From the NCBI RefSeq assembly GCF_008831285.2, contig NC_045138.2, forward strand, positions 4,340,001-4,404,000: a DNA stretch of 64,000 nt, given 5' to 3'. The notes beneath the pieces were generated by a model that had not been told where the DNA came from, searched no databases, and saw nothing but the letters and a program-made list of their open reading frames with translations. This document shows, in pieces, positions 1-13,519 of the stretch; position 1 is the first letter of the stretch, and every line of letters starts with the position of its first letter. Origin of the DNA: Nymphaea colorata (taxonomy: Eukaryota). Position numbers and translations under genes: made by a program.

Positions 1-1861
1 AGCAAGAAAGAAGGAAAAGAAAGGGTGTCAGAAGCAAGAATGGTAGGAAAGAAGAGAACCTGGACGTTAATTTATGAGCGGATAGGAAGGGGCAAACGTA
101 TGCCCCATTACCACCTCTACTAGCAATCTCTCTCTCTCTCTCTCTCTCTAGCTTTTGCTAACAAATTTTGCCAGATGCTTATCAAAAACTATACAAGGAT
201 CAAAATTGGAATATGCCAACTAATAGCTTAAGATTCAACGGGAGTATAATTTGATTTTTATAATATGTATAGATGTATCTTGGTTCTTCAGGTTTCGTTT
301 TGTGGGATGACTGATCAACCTCATAGATCTGCATCCACCATTGTGTTACTTTTGTACGTTCTAAATGACAATAAATTCTCCTTTCGTTAGGAAATTCAAA
401 TTAAGAAAAACTGCATTCATGCGTGTATGCATCAACGTGTGTGTGTGTTATATGTATGCCAATTTGGTGGTTTAGTTCATGAAGTTTGTGAAAATTCTTA
501 AACTGACTGTTTCCTAATTTAGGGCCTGTGGAATGCCTAGATACATTTGCTTTGTCTAGAGGTTAACATTGGTTATAAACAGTGAGGAAGTACTGCTGAA
601 CTTTCTTTACTGTGGCGCCGCACTGTTTTTGCCTTGAAAGTGGGAGAGAAAGTCGAGCGGAGGAAGAGAGGTCAGACTTTTTAGCGAGACAGAAAAGTCT
701 CTTCTTGGGCAATTTTAAAGTGAAAAGTACACCATGATTGAAGTATACAAATGAGCAAAATCCGAAAAATCAAATGCGCTCTTAGATTTCCACATGAAAT
801 GGCAGAAACAGATGAAATACCACTGCTTGCAGCCAAGAAATTCTTATAGGCTCTTGCTTGTGAAAGTTCGTATCACTAGTAGATGTATAAAACCAAATCT
901 TCAACGTTTGAAAATGTTTCTGTAAGTTGATGAACTCATTAATGCCATGTTCTGTTTCTGCTTGCCTACCGTATCACATACCAACAGTTATAACCAATGA
1001 CGCAAGGAGAACTAATGAATACCATTCGTAAACGTTAAACTGATGCTTCAACGTGCACTGCATAATCAGGGTGTTTCTGATCTTCTTTCCAAGTTCATGT
1101 TTCTAGGACTCACCTCAATTTCAGGCCCACAAAGTCGGTAGAATACTCAGCATAGTCAATAAATGAAAGTTGGAAGAGAACAGTCCAGTTGGCTGCATAC
1201 GGCGTGAGGTGGCGTAAAACCTTCAAATTCCAAAATGTCAACAGTTCAACACTTAATTGGATTTGGCATAAATGTTTGGTAGAAAGTCTGCCTAAACTGG
1301 CTGTCTTATCAGACAATATCGGAGAAAACGTTTGCTTTATATGAGACTAGGCCCGCTCAAATGAACAAGATCACAGAAGCGATGCAGAGTAAAGAACAAA
1401 AAAATTGAATGCATGTGAAAGGAGGTGCTGATTAATTTACAGCAACCAAAAAATTAAGAAAGGAAGAATCTGATCTTAAATACAGATTTACATCTTGCCC
1501 CATTTTACTTGTAAGCAGAAGTATTTTGTCTCTCAGGACAAGGAATTATACCATCTCCTTTCTCCCAGTTCTGCACAAAAGGAGAATTCCTGGTCTGCCT
1601 CTGGTTTGCCAGGGGCTTCTTGGTGAATTCGACCAGCAACTTCCAAGCCGGTTTCGCAATATTCTGGCTATGATTTGCCTTGATCCCATGCACATAGCTT
1701 CCTCATGATGTGGAAGTGCAATTCTTTGCAACCTTCTGTATAACTTAAGCCGCAGCACTTTGGCAATCTTCTAAACAGAAAACACTGAAGATGCATTCTC
1801 GAGTCAAGGGTTCCCTTTCATTATACACTTTCATCAACCTGCATTTGTGAGATGATCACTT

Positions 1862-2155
1862 CTACACAGTTGGAGAAGGAGCAAAAGCTACCAACATCTC
1901 ATTTTTTGCAGTCAATGGTGCATCCTCAGCAATGGGCAGTGAATCAATGCCTCTAGATGGAGCAGATGGAGGCGTCGAAATCTTGGGCAACATCTGGTTC
2001 CAATAACCACTGACGAATCTGTCATTCAACCAAACACCATTCCTGGCGAAGGCAGTCCGAGTACGAAAGAAGAAGACCAACAAGAAGAGGCACACCAACA
2101 CAGCTTTCTTCACCTTAGCCATGCCCAATATTGTTCTCACTTTACAAAGAGCCAT
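1862..2155 (-). CDS. Small secreted signalling-peptide precursor, IDA/PIP-like (97 aa; alternative start at 2122 gives 86 aa)
   Basis: Single-exon ORF. Basic N-region and hydrophobic core (KVKKAVLVCLFLLVFFF...AFAR) fit a signal peptide. The Pro-rich motif MLPKISTPPSAPSRGIDS resembles the IDA EPIP motif LPKGVPIPPSAPSKRHN. TATAAA lies about 60 nt upstream. Confidence 0.75.
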   Translation of the reverse strand: MALCKVRTILGMAKVKKAVLVCLFLLVFFFRTRTAFARNGVWLNDRFVSGYWNQMLPKISTPPSAPSRGIDSLPIAEDAPLTAKNEMLVAFAPSPTV

Positions 2156-2215
2156 GCAGTGTGTCAGGCTTTAAAGCAATAAGGTGCAACAAGCAAAGCT
2201 GAGCAGGTAAACTAG

Positions 2216-2221
2216 TTTATA
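2216..2221 (-). promoter_or_regulatory. Candidate TATA box of the peptide gene
   Basis: TATAAA on the minus strand about 60 nt upstream of the ATG at 2155. Confidence 0.4.
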
Positions 2222-2771
2222 CAATGTACTACTTGGGTACCTCTAAATTTAGCACTAAGGCATAGTTAATTATATGATATGTCTAAAAGAAAGAGTACAT
2301 GAGCTAATGAAACTCACTTTAGGCTCATTAAAAATTGTGGTGTGATGGGGAAAAGTGGGGCTGCTTCTCTTTCCACAGTAATATTTTATGAAGGGTAGGA
2401 TGATGCAAGTGGATCACTGTCTCACTGATGTTCTTGTTTTTGGTGAATGTGTGAGTTGGTGTGTGAGCTGTGATGTACTAAAGTAAGCAGAGAGTTGACA
2501 AGCACTGACGGTTAACAAATCTCTAAAAGTTCATCTAACCATGCTCATGGATGCCATAGGATTGGACCCCTTTATCTTTACCTTTTTTTAGATACCTTTG
2601 GTTGGGTTCATGCTGCTAATTAGGATTTAAATGAACCCAGTACGTGGATTCAGTTCGACTTAGGGTTTACCAAATCTGGTTTAATCTGATCCAACCTAAA
2701 CTTTTTCTGACTGAAAAAGTTACATACGTTTGGGTTTAATCTGGTTTAATCTGAATCAGACAGTTACATAC

Positions 2772-3618
2772 ATTTGGGTTTGGATTCGATCAGATTCCCA
2801 AATCATTTTGGACTTGAACTAGGTTCTTAGATAGTCCAACACTATGCAGCTGTTTTTTATACCAAACCCCAGCAATCAGATTCAGTTGAATGGGTATTCA
2901 ATCCTAATCTGCTCTGTTTTTTTTTTTCATGTTTGTTGCTGCAGGATTGTGTCTAGATAAACCCTAAGTGGATTTATGTACATGGAGGAACTAGATCAGG
3001 ATTTGCATTAGGGATGCACTACAGTAAAACATACCAGAGTTTTGTATTATTCAATTTGACAGGGGAAGGACTGACTGAAATAAAAGAATTAGATTAAATT
3101 TGAAGTTTTAGTGAGTTGGATGGATATGTGAATTCTGATATATAACAAAACTACCCAGATTAACCAAATGAGCCTGATTAACCCAGTTCAGTAAATGCTG
3201 CAACTTTGATCCAATTCGACTTCATGTGAATGATATTGTTGGGCAAGACAGATCCAATTGTAATGCATTGGATCCTCATTAAGTTGTCCATCCTTTGTCT
3301 CCCTATCGTGTGTTTGACATGAACATGATGAGTACTGACCAATTATCTTGAATCTGATCCGATATTTATGGACTTGAGATCCACACAATTAATTGGATGT
3401 ATTCCAGACCCTTATACTAAATGATTGTTGTGCCAACTTGGGGTTTTATTGGATTCCAACCCACCTTGGTTAGTGGCACTTGGAATCTTGGAATTAAAGG
3501 TGTACTGTTTGTGAACAGCAATAGGGACAAAGTGTGGCCCTCTTGTTGGGCTGCCATCCTAACATTTTGCCCTCTCAACTTTGCACACTCTAGAAATGTT
3601 GGAACAACATGCCATGCA

Positions 3619-3656
<38 letters not shown>

Positions 3657-3736
3657 GACTTATTCTTGTATGTAGGCGGCTTCCTGTCTCCAAATTTTGT
3701 TATGCATTCCCATTTTATCGGTCTCTCTCTCTGTCC

Positions 3737-3784
<48 letters not shown>

Positions 3785-6700
3785 GCTATGAGAATTTCAG
3801 TTTATGGGTATCGCTAGTTCATAACGATTTCAAAGTTTCATTACTTGCTTGAATATAAAATTAAAGAGGAAGGATTAGATGAAAAGAAGGCAAATAAGTG
3901 AAAACTATATTTTTTAGAAAAATCTCGGAAATTTTTATTTGAGGGCCAATTTTTTATTATAATTCGAAAGAACTGCGACTTGTGACTTTCTTAATAAGAG
4001 CTTCAGTTTTTATGAAAACAGTCAAATGAGGGTCTGAAGGCATGAAATTTGAATAACTTGAGAAACCAAGCAAAACTTTTTCAGTGTCACCAGCCTTCTA
4101 CAACTAATTTAATTACAAGGTCAGCACAAAAGTACTTCAAACCCTCATTTGGTGGTTTTTATGAAAAGTATGGCTCTTGTCAGAAAGTTGAATAAAAACG
4201 ATCTCTTTTGAATTTATAGATAATAAGGTAAAGCTGAAAGAAACAATTTTCATTTTCATTTTAACCGTTAGGCCTCTTTTCTTTTTCTTTTTCTTAACGT
4301 CTAGGATGCAAGAATCTCCCAATCTACTCTCCTTTGTAATGCTTCTACTTTCCTTTGTAATGCTTTTCCTAGCTAATTTTTTTGTGAAGATTCCTCTTAA
4401 TTAGTTACATGTTCCATGTATTCGTAGTTGCATGACGTATAAGCATCTGCAGAGATATTACCTAAAATCTTTCACAAAACATACTCAACTTCTATAGTGG
4501 TATAACAAAAACATGCTGGCCTCAAGGGGCATAGTGTAATCAAGCAGCAAGACGTTGACACTCAGGGGGTTCAAAGTTTGAATCTCGAAGTCGTTATCAC
4601 GTTCTAGTATATTACTTCTGTATGCTGCAAATGGTAGTAAGCATGACATTCGAGTTCAAGGACATACCATAGGTCTATCCAGGCCCCAAAGCAAGTGAAA
4701 ACCTTAAAAGCATAAGAGTGTGATTTAAGGGGATTTATGTAGAAAGTGGATTCCCTTAAATAAACTTTAAAAAGAAAAACAAAAAACATGTTAGATCGAT
4801 TATAATTTAATTCCTTCATAGAATCACCCCGTTTATTTTTTCTTTTTACTTAATTTAGGTGGTTAAGTGAAAGAAATCCAAACTTAAGCATTGTTTGAAT
4901 ATGCCACCAAAGTAGACATCGATGGATTGGGGTCGAATTTTTATGCCCTTCGCCGTATCTGGTTTTTCTGATACTGACATATTTGGGTTTGAATTTGGAT
5001 TTGATACGAACAAAAAAAAGTCATGTCCAAATCTAAATTCAAAATCTGATTTCACAATTGCATTCCCATATGAATTTGATTTTTACATTCATATTTGAAT
5101 CTGAATCCAAATTTTGAACCGAAATTGACCAATTTTTATATGTAAGAGCATTAGATGCAGGATATTTGGTTAAAAAATAAATCCAATTTGGATCCGTATC
5201 CAAATCCACTTAGATATTTATGTGTATCATAAACTGAATCTGATCCAATTTCTTAATTGGATATTAAATTTCATTTCATATCAGATTTTTTTTGAAACAG
5301 TTAAGTGGGATTAGGTTCTTTTGTATGTACGGTACTCAACTAAATAAATGTGAAAGTGTGCGTGTTTTGTAATATTATAAGCACATAAACCAACATTTCA
5401 TGCACACTTGCGCTGGTACGCATATATACGCACTAAAGTTGCAAGTGGTTCAAACCAGTCTAGTTTGAAGATACTGTCAATTTCCGATGTGCGAAATCCA
5501 ATTCGGCCTCCGATATGCATTTTACTTGCCCCATATTCGATCCATTAGCAACACTATAATACACACATGCACACTCACAGGCACATGATGCTATATTTTT
5601 TTTCTTATTAGAGGCAAGGACTATATGGTTTTTAAAGTTTGAAATGTTTTAAAATTAAGTAGTAAAATGTTATTTTTCAAAAACCGAAGAGGGTCACGGG
5701 CCCTCTTGAGGTTATCGGGCCTAGTGTTAAGCCCAACTGTGCCTAGTAGACATGGGTTTATTAAATTTGTTTATTAAAATTCAATCTTTCGGTTGTATCA
5801 TGCATTGAGTGAAAATTCATATGGGTTTCTCCTCTAAGTTTGCAAAATCATCGCAACTTTATAATTGGCAATTTTTGAGATGCTAGAGATCTTCTTTTCA
5901 TGTTAAACTCGGTCGAGTGATTTAGTATTTGAACCATATGTAGTGGTTCACGTCTACAAATTGAAGTCAAATTTGATCAGAACAGCTCATTTAACTAGAA
6001 GCTTGCATGTAAACCTTATAGGATCATCTTCTTCTACTTGCTATCAATTTGAAGGTTTTAGATTGTCGATTTGAAATCTGGAAGGGTTTAGATTATTGAT
6101 TTGTCACCTGGAGCTTCACATGATGCCACCGCCGTCCATGGTATCAGGCTCTCCCACCATTTAGAGGGCGTTTGATTACTCTGGATTTGAAATCCACGGT
6201 TTGATGTGGACGTGATATGGGATGCTTTTGCTAAGGATCTTAGGTCAGACATTACTGTTTGAAGAGGAGGGTGGGTTGGATTTTAAATCTTACTGTTTTC
6301 AAATCCTTATTAAGGAACATGGCTTTTGGGTGTGCGAGACATTCTTTCTCCATTAATTTTATTTTCTCTTTTCTTCTTCTTCTTCTTCTTCTTCTTCTCT
6401 TTTTAGTTAATGTGTCCGTAGTACCAAGTAACCAGTCGCGGAGCTACTTGTTGGTTGGTGTGGGCAATTGCCCACATGAACCCCACAAAAATCTTATTGT
6501 AGCGTATCAAGATCACATTGTCATGACTCGATAATTACACGTTATGCCCACCCCAAACTTGTGTCGCCAACTCAAGTGCCCCTTACCAAAAAAAATCTGG
6601 CTCTGTCACTGCAAGCAGCTGATAAGTTTGACACATGACGGCTAAGCCAATCAGTTACAATACGGCAGATCAGAACAGATATATATATATATATATATAT

Positions 6701-8588
6701 GAATGGTGACTCGATATCAGCTTACTTATGAGGGTCATGTGGTTCATGGTGACAATGAACAGTTAAGAGAAAAATGCGATAAATATTTTTATCATTTAGT
6801 ATTAGCTCATACTTTTTGTCCTTGTTTTTCTTTTGACCATCTATTACGATGGATCGGATGACCCTCATTGGATGATGTTAGATATCCAAAATAACGATTC
6901 ACACTCGCCACACACACACATGGGGGTAGTCAATCTTTTCTCTCACTTGTACATTCAAAATATTGAAATTTGATTAAAAAATTCATGAAATTCATATGTA
7001 TCTATGAACTAAATTTTATAATGTTTCAAAAATAAATGGTTTCTGATTCTTCTGCTCAACACATTTTCTAGAGATATGATTTTCATGATTTTTATGTCAT
7101 GTACTTCTCATTCGTATATATGGTTAGGAACTAGACAAATTAAAAACAACTTTAAATTAAACGACAAGAAGCACGCATAGCTAAGCAGCGTACGTGTGGA
7201 GGCATAACCCAGAGACCCTTATATATGTATTTTGAATTAAACATTTATACATGAATGTTGCCTATCCCTTTCCATTTCATTTGTTATAAGCTAAAAACAA
7301 TGGAGCAAAGAATAATGGTGTGTTCGGTAGGCTTCAGATTTCAGATTTGAAGTTGATCTAATAGGAATCAAAGTGTCAAAAAAAAAATACCGGATTTTCA
7401 TATCCTCATCTTATAACCAAAATTTCTGATATAACATAAGATCTGCGAATTTGTGACTTTCAATAATTTAAAACCATATTGAATTTCAAATCTGCGGCTA
7501 TTAAATGCCCACTCACTTGAAAGCAGCCATAATTGCCAAAAGTTAACTGGCCGCCAACAGTTTTGATATAATCCGCTTGCATTGAGCAGTTTTGACCAAC
7601 AAAAGAATGACAATGTGAACACGAGAAAAAAAACTTTGAAATTGACCAACTAATTGCCTTTGAAGATCTACGGCTTTGAGAATCTATAAAATTGGAAGAT
7701 TGTTCAAAAGCATTCAGTTTTGTCCCCTGCAACTTGTCCAAAGTCGGTCCAAAATCGTGTAAATGTGCTGCAGTCTTTTATACTGTCAAGATATATCTAT
7801 CAAACATGTCAAACTGAAAATGCCACAAACGTGTGGAACTGTATGCAATAAATAGATATTATCGTGCATATATATGTTCATGAGGGGAAAAAGTATCCGC
7901 TCTTCTCTTGTTAAGCAAATCTGGATCCTGCCCATCATGCGCAGATCCAAGATCAGAAGCCCAACTGTATCAAACTTTTTCATGCTCTATTTGCCCTCCC
8001 AATCATTTAACTTTCACTAAAGCTAAAAAGTTCATTCTTGTGGATGCATTTTTCTGCCAAGATCAAAAGCCCAACTGTATAAAACTTTTTCATGCTCTAT
8101 TTGGCCTCCCAATCATTTAACTTTCACTAAGCTAAAAAGTTCATTCTTGTGGATGCATTTTATTTCAAAAAAGGGAGGGATCGATGATGGAAATTGCTTT
8201 GGTTCACCAAAAAAACAAAAACAACCAAGTCTAGAGATAATTGGGTTGACATCTGATCTGGTGCAGATAAAAATGTCAAAGACTTCGGCGTCAGATTCCG
8301 GCACTTCTGCACCCAAGAGGTGATAAGGACGTTCTCATAAGAAGCGTGGTCTGCAAGGAGTAGCGTGTTGTTCCTTTTCTTCTTCTACTTTTCTTTTCAG
8401 CAGGTAGTCAGCCACTTGTTAGTTTTTCACACTGTTCTTATCTTAAAGAATGAGAAGGAGACTTATCTTATACCTCCATCTGTTCACAGTCGTGGGATTC
8501 GTTTTGTGCCATTTGGATTTGGATCCAGCTCTTTATCATTTTTATGATTTATATGACTATTTGTGTATTGTTATAAACACTCATTAAG
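2772..8588 (+). repeat. Segmental duplication block A (paralogue A' at 46722-58960)
   Basis: Collinear matches seen directly: 2775~46722, 3190-3700~47105-47650, 3830-4320~47720-48235, 4880-5570~48265-48995, 5800-6055~49000-49225, 7510-7660~50425-50582, 7850-8588~58320-58960. Confidence 0.9.
7948..8161 (+). repeat. ~109-bp tandem duplication (2 copies)
   Basis: 'ccaagatca(g/a)aagcccaactgtat...gttcattcttgtggatgcatttt' occurs at 7948 and 8057. Confidence 0.9.
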
Positions 8589-8762
8589 TATTAGAGCATT
8601 TACTGTAACCGTTTCAATTAGGACAATAACATTTATTAATGTTAAACACCACAGCCATTCCATCAATTGGATGTGTGATTTTTAGGCATATGTGAAGACA
8701 GTAAGGACAAGAATGGAATAGTTTGGAATTTCCTTCAGTATAGAGGAGTCCTATCAACAATG

Positions 8763-9189
8763 TAGAGATGTCAATAGATCATATTCAAATGAGATATATG
8801 CTTCATATTATTCATTTTTTGGATATTCACATATTAGGATTCGAATTCAGTTTAGGATATAAACAAAGAAAAATTATATCTGAATCCGAATCTGAAATCC
8901 AATTTTACAATGCAGAACTGTTTTTTACATTCATATCCAAATTTTGAACTGAATTTGGTGATTTTCAAAATGTAAACTTTTTATATATAAGATATTTATT
9001 TAAAGGTAAATTTGATCAGAATCTGAATCTGATCATGTGTGTGTGTGTGTGTATCCAATAGATGTCATGTTTTGAATTTGAATCTGGTCTAATTTCTTAA
9101 TTGAATATTAAATTTTTTTCCCATATCTCATACTTTCGAAGTTGCTTCGCTCGAATATCCAATCCAAATCGAATATATTGAAATCCCTA
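8763..9189. mobile_element. Non-autonomous hAT-like element; related copies near 4915-5330, 11390-11793, 40480-40750, 42370-42706, 48295-48740 and 59970-60302
   Basis: Terminal inverted repeats TAGAGATGTCAA ... TTGAAATCCCTA, an imperfect 8-bp TSD (caacaatg/ctccaatg), and internal GAATCC/GGATTC motif arrays. Confidence 0.7.
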
Positions 9190-9856
9190 CTCCAATGGTA
9201 CTTTTTCAAGTATCTCAAAATCCTTTTTACTGCATGAAACCCAAGAGATTACCTTAGACTTTTGACTTGTAAGATCTATCAATTTAGCAAACTTTTCACA
9301 AGGTGGACTCTCCCAATAGGTAGAATTTCAACAAGTTTATGCATGATTTGCCTTCTACCAAAGAACAGATTGATGAGCTGTTTGATTACCTCTTATTTAC
9401 TCTGGTCTAACTCATTCAAAGTTTCAAATTCATAAACTCTCTTCTTATTTCGACTATGAATCTTAAGACCGACTAAGATTTTATTTGATGAACCTTTGAT
9501 GTTTAGTGGATACATTTAAACCCATGTTCATTAACAAGTAAATTGAACTTCATTTTTTTATAGTGTAAGAGCGTTGAAAAGCACTTTGAACACTAGCAAG
9601 TATATTCAACTTCATCTTTTTCTGGTTTAGGTGCGTTGAAAAGCAACTTCCAGGGAAATGGCAACAAAAGTGCAACGCTAATTGCCAAGAGTTAACTCGC
9701 TGCAACAGTTTTGATATAAGCCGCTTATATTTGAGAGGTTTTGGTCAATAAAGTAATGACAATGTGAACACGAACTTCAAAATCTACAAAAACTGGAACA
9801 ATAATTCATGTGGTTTCAGTTTTCTTCCCTCTTAAAATATGTTGATGTTGGAGCAA

Positions 9857-9858
<2 letters not shown>

Positions 9859-9922
<64 letters not shown>
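9859..9922. repeat. (AT)n microsatellite (others at ~14885, 17622, 27202, 44177, 45908, 62674, 63061)
   Basis: Perfect dinucleotide run. Confidence 0.95.
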
Positions 9923-9924
<2 letters not shown>

Positions 9925-12900
9925 AACATGCCAACTGAAAATGTCATCAACGTGCAATTGCACAGCCCAATATGTTGTTGAGGGGAGATATCTGAAGAGG
10001 TCGAAGCCCTTCTAACTTTTTCCCCACCTTTGGGTCACTTGAATCGTATTACTTAAAGTGCTTAATGCTTTCCAAAGATTTTACTTCTACAATTGGTAGG
10101 TCATATGAAGGAAGCTATATTTTTTTTGGTGGGGGCACTTATTTAATACTTTTAATTTTTTTGAGGCACTTATATGTATAACAATCAAATATATCAAAAC
10201 ATTAACATATATATTAAACTAATTTTGTGAGATTGATGTGGGCAGCATGTTGTGTGGAGACTTAATTGGATAATTGAACACATATAAATAAGAGAGAAAC
10301 CAGGATTTTTTTCAAGGGCGGGCCAAACAGTCTGACACATCGAGCCAAGAGAAGCGACGGGTCGGGCCAAACTAAAAAAAAATGGACTTTTTCAATATAA
10401 AAAAAAATTCTGCACTCACAAGTTACAGTACAGTGAATAACCAGTTTGAGGAAAGATCTTGCTTATATTCATGTGCCTTCTATTTTGGAGAAGTAATGTC
10501 TTTAAGGGCAAAGATAAGTGAGGTTTTCATGGGGCCTATGCCCCATAAAGCCTACTTTTTGGAAGCTTAATTCAATAGTTAGATCTGGGTAAACTTAGGT
10601 CCAGTTATAAGAGGCAGTCCTTTAAGACCTAAGTCATTGACCCATCATCGCTCATTAAAAATTTGTTAATTATATATTTAGTGTCTCACAAAAAACAAAA
10701 ATTCTAGCTCTAAATGGCTTTTCTCTTGTTAATATATATATATATATATATATATAAAAAGCTCCAACAGTATAAAACTTTTTTTATGCTCTATTTGGCC
10801 TCCCAATTATTTAACTTTCACTAAGCTAAAAACTTTATTCATGGGGATGCATTTTATTTCAAAGAAGAGAGGGATCGGTGATGAAAATAGATTGGGTTCA
10901 CGAAAAAAAAAAGTCAAAAACTGCGGCGCTGAAGCAACACTTTTTGCATCTAACTGATGAAAAGTGGTCCGCAAGGAGTAGAATGTTGCTTCTATTCTTC
11001 TTTTTCCTTTTCTTTTCGGCAGTAGTCAGCCATTTGTTAGCTTTTCACACACATTGATATCTTATCTCAAAGAATGCAAAGGGAAATTTGTGGATAGTCC
11101 AGGTTCATCAGGGTACACTTCCATCTGTTCAGAGTCGTGGGGTTTGTTTGTGCCATTTGGATCTGGATCCAGTTCTTTATCATTTGTATGATTTATATGA
11201 TTATTTTTGTGTATTGTTATAAACACCCATTAAGTATAAGGGCATTTACTGTGACAGTTTCAATTAGGACAATACCATTTGTTAATATTAAACATCACAG
11301 CCATCCCCTCATGTGGATGTATGACTTTTAGGCATCTGCGTAGACGGTGAGGCCGAGACTGAAATGGTTTGGAATTTTCTCAAATATATAAATTTTATCA
11401 GATGTTAACGAATCAGACAATCCTTAATTGTATCAATTTTTTAGGATATTCACATATTAGAATTCGAACTCATACCTGAGCCCAAAATCTTATTTCACAG
11501 TCTGAATCTAATGCAAAACAAATCTTTATATTCATATTTGAATCTGAATCCAAATTTTGAACCGAATTTGGCTATTTTTCGAAATGTAAAAGTATTGGAT
11601 GTATGATATTTATTTAAAATTAAATTCTACCCAAAATCCGAATCCGATTGAACAATTATATATACGTGAATCGATTGGTTGTCATTTCTTAAATCTGAAT
11701 CCAATTCAAATTTTTAATCATTTTTTCATATGTGATGCTTTTCAAATGGTTCGATTAGATATTGGATCCAAATTGGATATATTCACATCTCTATAATGAT
11801 AGTTTTTCAAGTATCTCAAAGTCTTTTTTTACTCATGAAACCCAAGAGATTACCTTAGACTTTCTACTTGTAAGATCTATGAATTTAGTAAAATTTTCAC
11901 AAGTCGACTATAATGAAATGTAGAATTTCTACAAGTTTTTGCATGATTTGCCTTCTACAAAATGAACAAATTGATGAGCTGTTTGATTACCTCTTATTTT
12001 ACTCCGATCTAACATATTCAGGATCTCAAATTCATAAGCTTTCTTCTTTACTCAATGAGAATCTTAAATCCGACCTAAGATTTTATTTGATGAACCATTG
12101 ATTCTAGTGTCGATCTTTGGATACGTTTAGATCCATGAACTTAAGGTCAAAGATACTCGCACACTATGATGCATTTGATGGTACTCTACAAATCCTTTTT
12201 CGATTCAAAGCTAATCCAAATATGTTTAGGATTTTCCATGCCAAGCCTGCATGAGTTATTTTGAGTCTTTTTTACATTTTTTAATTAGGACAGTATTTTT
12301 TTATTGTTGCATATTGTATTAAATATTTAATTTATTTCGTCAATAACGGTTTTTGATGATCATTTTTTTTAGTTAGTTATTTTTTAAGATTATATTTTAT
12401 GGTATCTTGTATTTAAATAGTTTTTAACTAGTCTAATTTTGAGCATATTAGGGGCTTTATCATGAGTTAAGTTAATTTTTGTTTTCTTTCCCCTCCTTTC
12501 TCTTCCCTTCATTAATTTTTTTTCTTTTTCTTCCCTTCCTTTCCTTTCATTAAATCCTATCCTTTCCAATGCTTTCTTTTCCATTGGTTCAAACGTTTTG
12601 AACAGGTGCAAAGGGAAGTTGCGTACGCGATCAAATTTCCTCTCAGCGTATGCCAAAACCACTCTGCTGCCAATGGTTTTGTGTTAAGCGGTTTTGGCCA
12701 ATTAGAAGAAGTGGTAATGACCCAACCACAAAATATACTTCGAATTACAATATGCAGCTAATTTAGAACGCATAAATCTGTTTCATTCAATTGATGAAAG
12801 TTTTAGATGGGGGCCGGGGCTCTGGTTTGTCATAGTAATTGCAAAACAGAGGCTGTAAAATGATCTGCACCATCTTATAAACGTCTGATTCTTTTGAGTT

Positions 12901-13384
12901 TTCTCCTACTTTCTCTTAATGTCTCAAAGTAGATAGATAGAGATACAGAACTCAATATTTTAAATTCTTTGACACAGATCTAAAGTAATGATAAGACTTT
13001 TGTGTTGAGCAGATCTGCAAAGAGAGGTAATTGGGTGTTCTGCACTGCTTAGAACAAGGCACGGTAAAAATGCAGTGGCCAAGTTAGCAAGTTTAGCATG
13101 GTTTTCATAATTAAGAAAGAAATATTTATATGCATTAGTCGTTGAGCTTAATTTAGCTAAATTGAACTCAAGATAATGGCCAATTCGAAAGTTTGTGTTT
13201 TCTTTTGCAGTTTCAGGACCTGCATCAGGAAAACCAAAGATGTGAAACCCTTTTCTAGTTTTAGGTTCATAATGTTGGTCCTTGATGAATGTTGAAAGTC
13301 TCGCTATGTAAAATAATTTCCTGTCCCTGATTCTAAACGATGACTTCGTACCGAAGGATGGAATGTCTATTACTCCAACTGTGC

Positions 13385-13391
13385 CTATAAA
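13385..13391 (+). promoter_or_regulatory. TATA box of the 59-codon ORF
   Basis: CTATAAA (plant TATA consensus) followed about 30 nt later by a CT-rich leader and then ACCATGG at 13517-13523. Confidence 0.6.
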
Positions 13392-13416
13392 GCGAAGAAG
13401 CAAGCTCAGTCAGTTG

Positions 13417-13492
13417 CGACTCTCAGCTTTCACTCTGCACACTTCTTAGACTTCCGACTCTCAGCTTTCACTCTGCACACTTCTTAGACTTC
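13417..13492 (+). repeat. Perfect 38-bp tandem duplication in the putative 5' UTR
   Basis: cgactctcagctttcactctgcacacttcttagacttc occurs twice (13417-13454, 13455-13492). Confidence 0.95.
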
Positions 13493-13519
13493 TGTCACAC
13501 CAGGCATCACCGCATTACC

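Larger units (their letters stand above)
7500..12110 (+). repeat. Local diverged tandem duplication (units ~7500-9540 and ~9540-12110)
   Basis: 7530-7625~9680-9772; 8070-8735~10760-11380; 9195-9500~11797-12101, including the shared string 'catgaaacccaagagattaccttagacttt'. Confidence 0.85.

Noticed and set aside
292..921. Three exon-like segments with AG/GT borders on + (292-353, 523-581, 850-921)
   Set aside because: The joined frames stop quickly and resemble no protein I know. They could be UTR or lncRNA exons, but that cannot be supported without transcript data.
4525..4600. tRNA/SINE-like A- and B-box resemblance
   Set aside because: No cloverleaf could be built; at most a very degenerate SINE.
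12960..13403. 147-aa ORF on the minus strand
   Set aside because: Non-ATG start and no recognisable motif; it overlaps the promoter of the + strand microprotein.
13417..13492. Short direct repeats as a CRISPR-like array (also 28460-28525, 46168-46243, 63388-63465 and the LTR 36-mers)
   Set aside because: Only two or three adjacent copies, no run of unique spacers, no cas genes, eukaryotic context.
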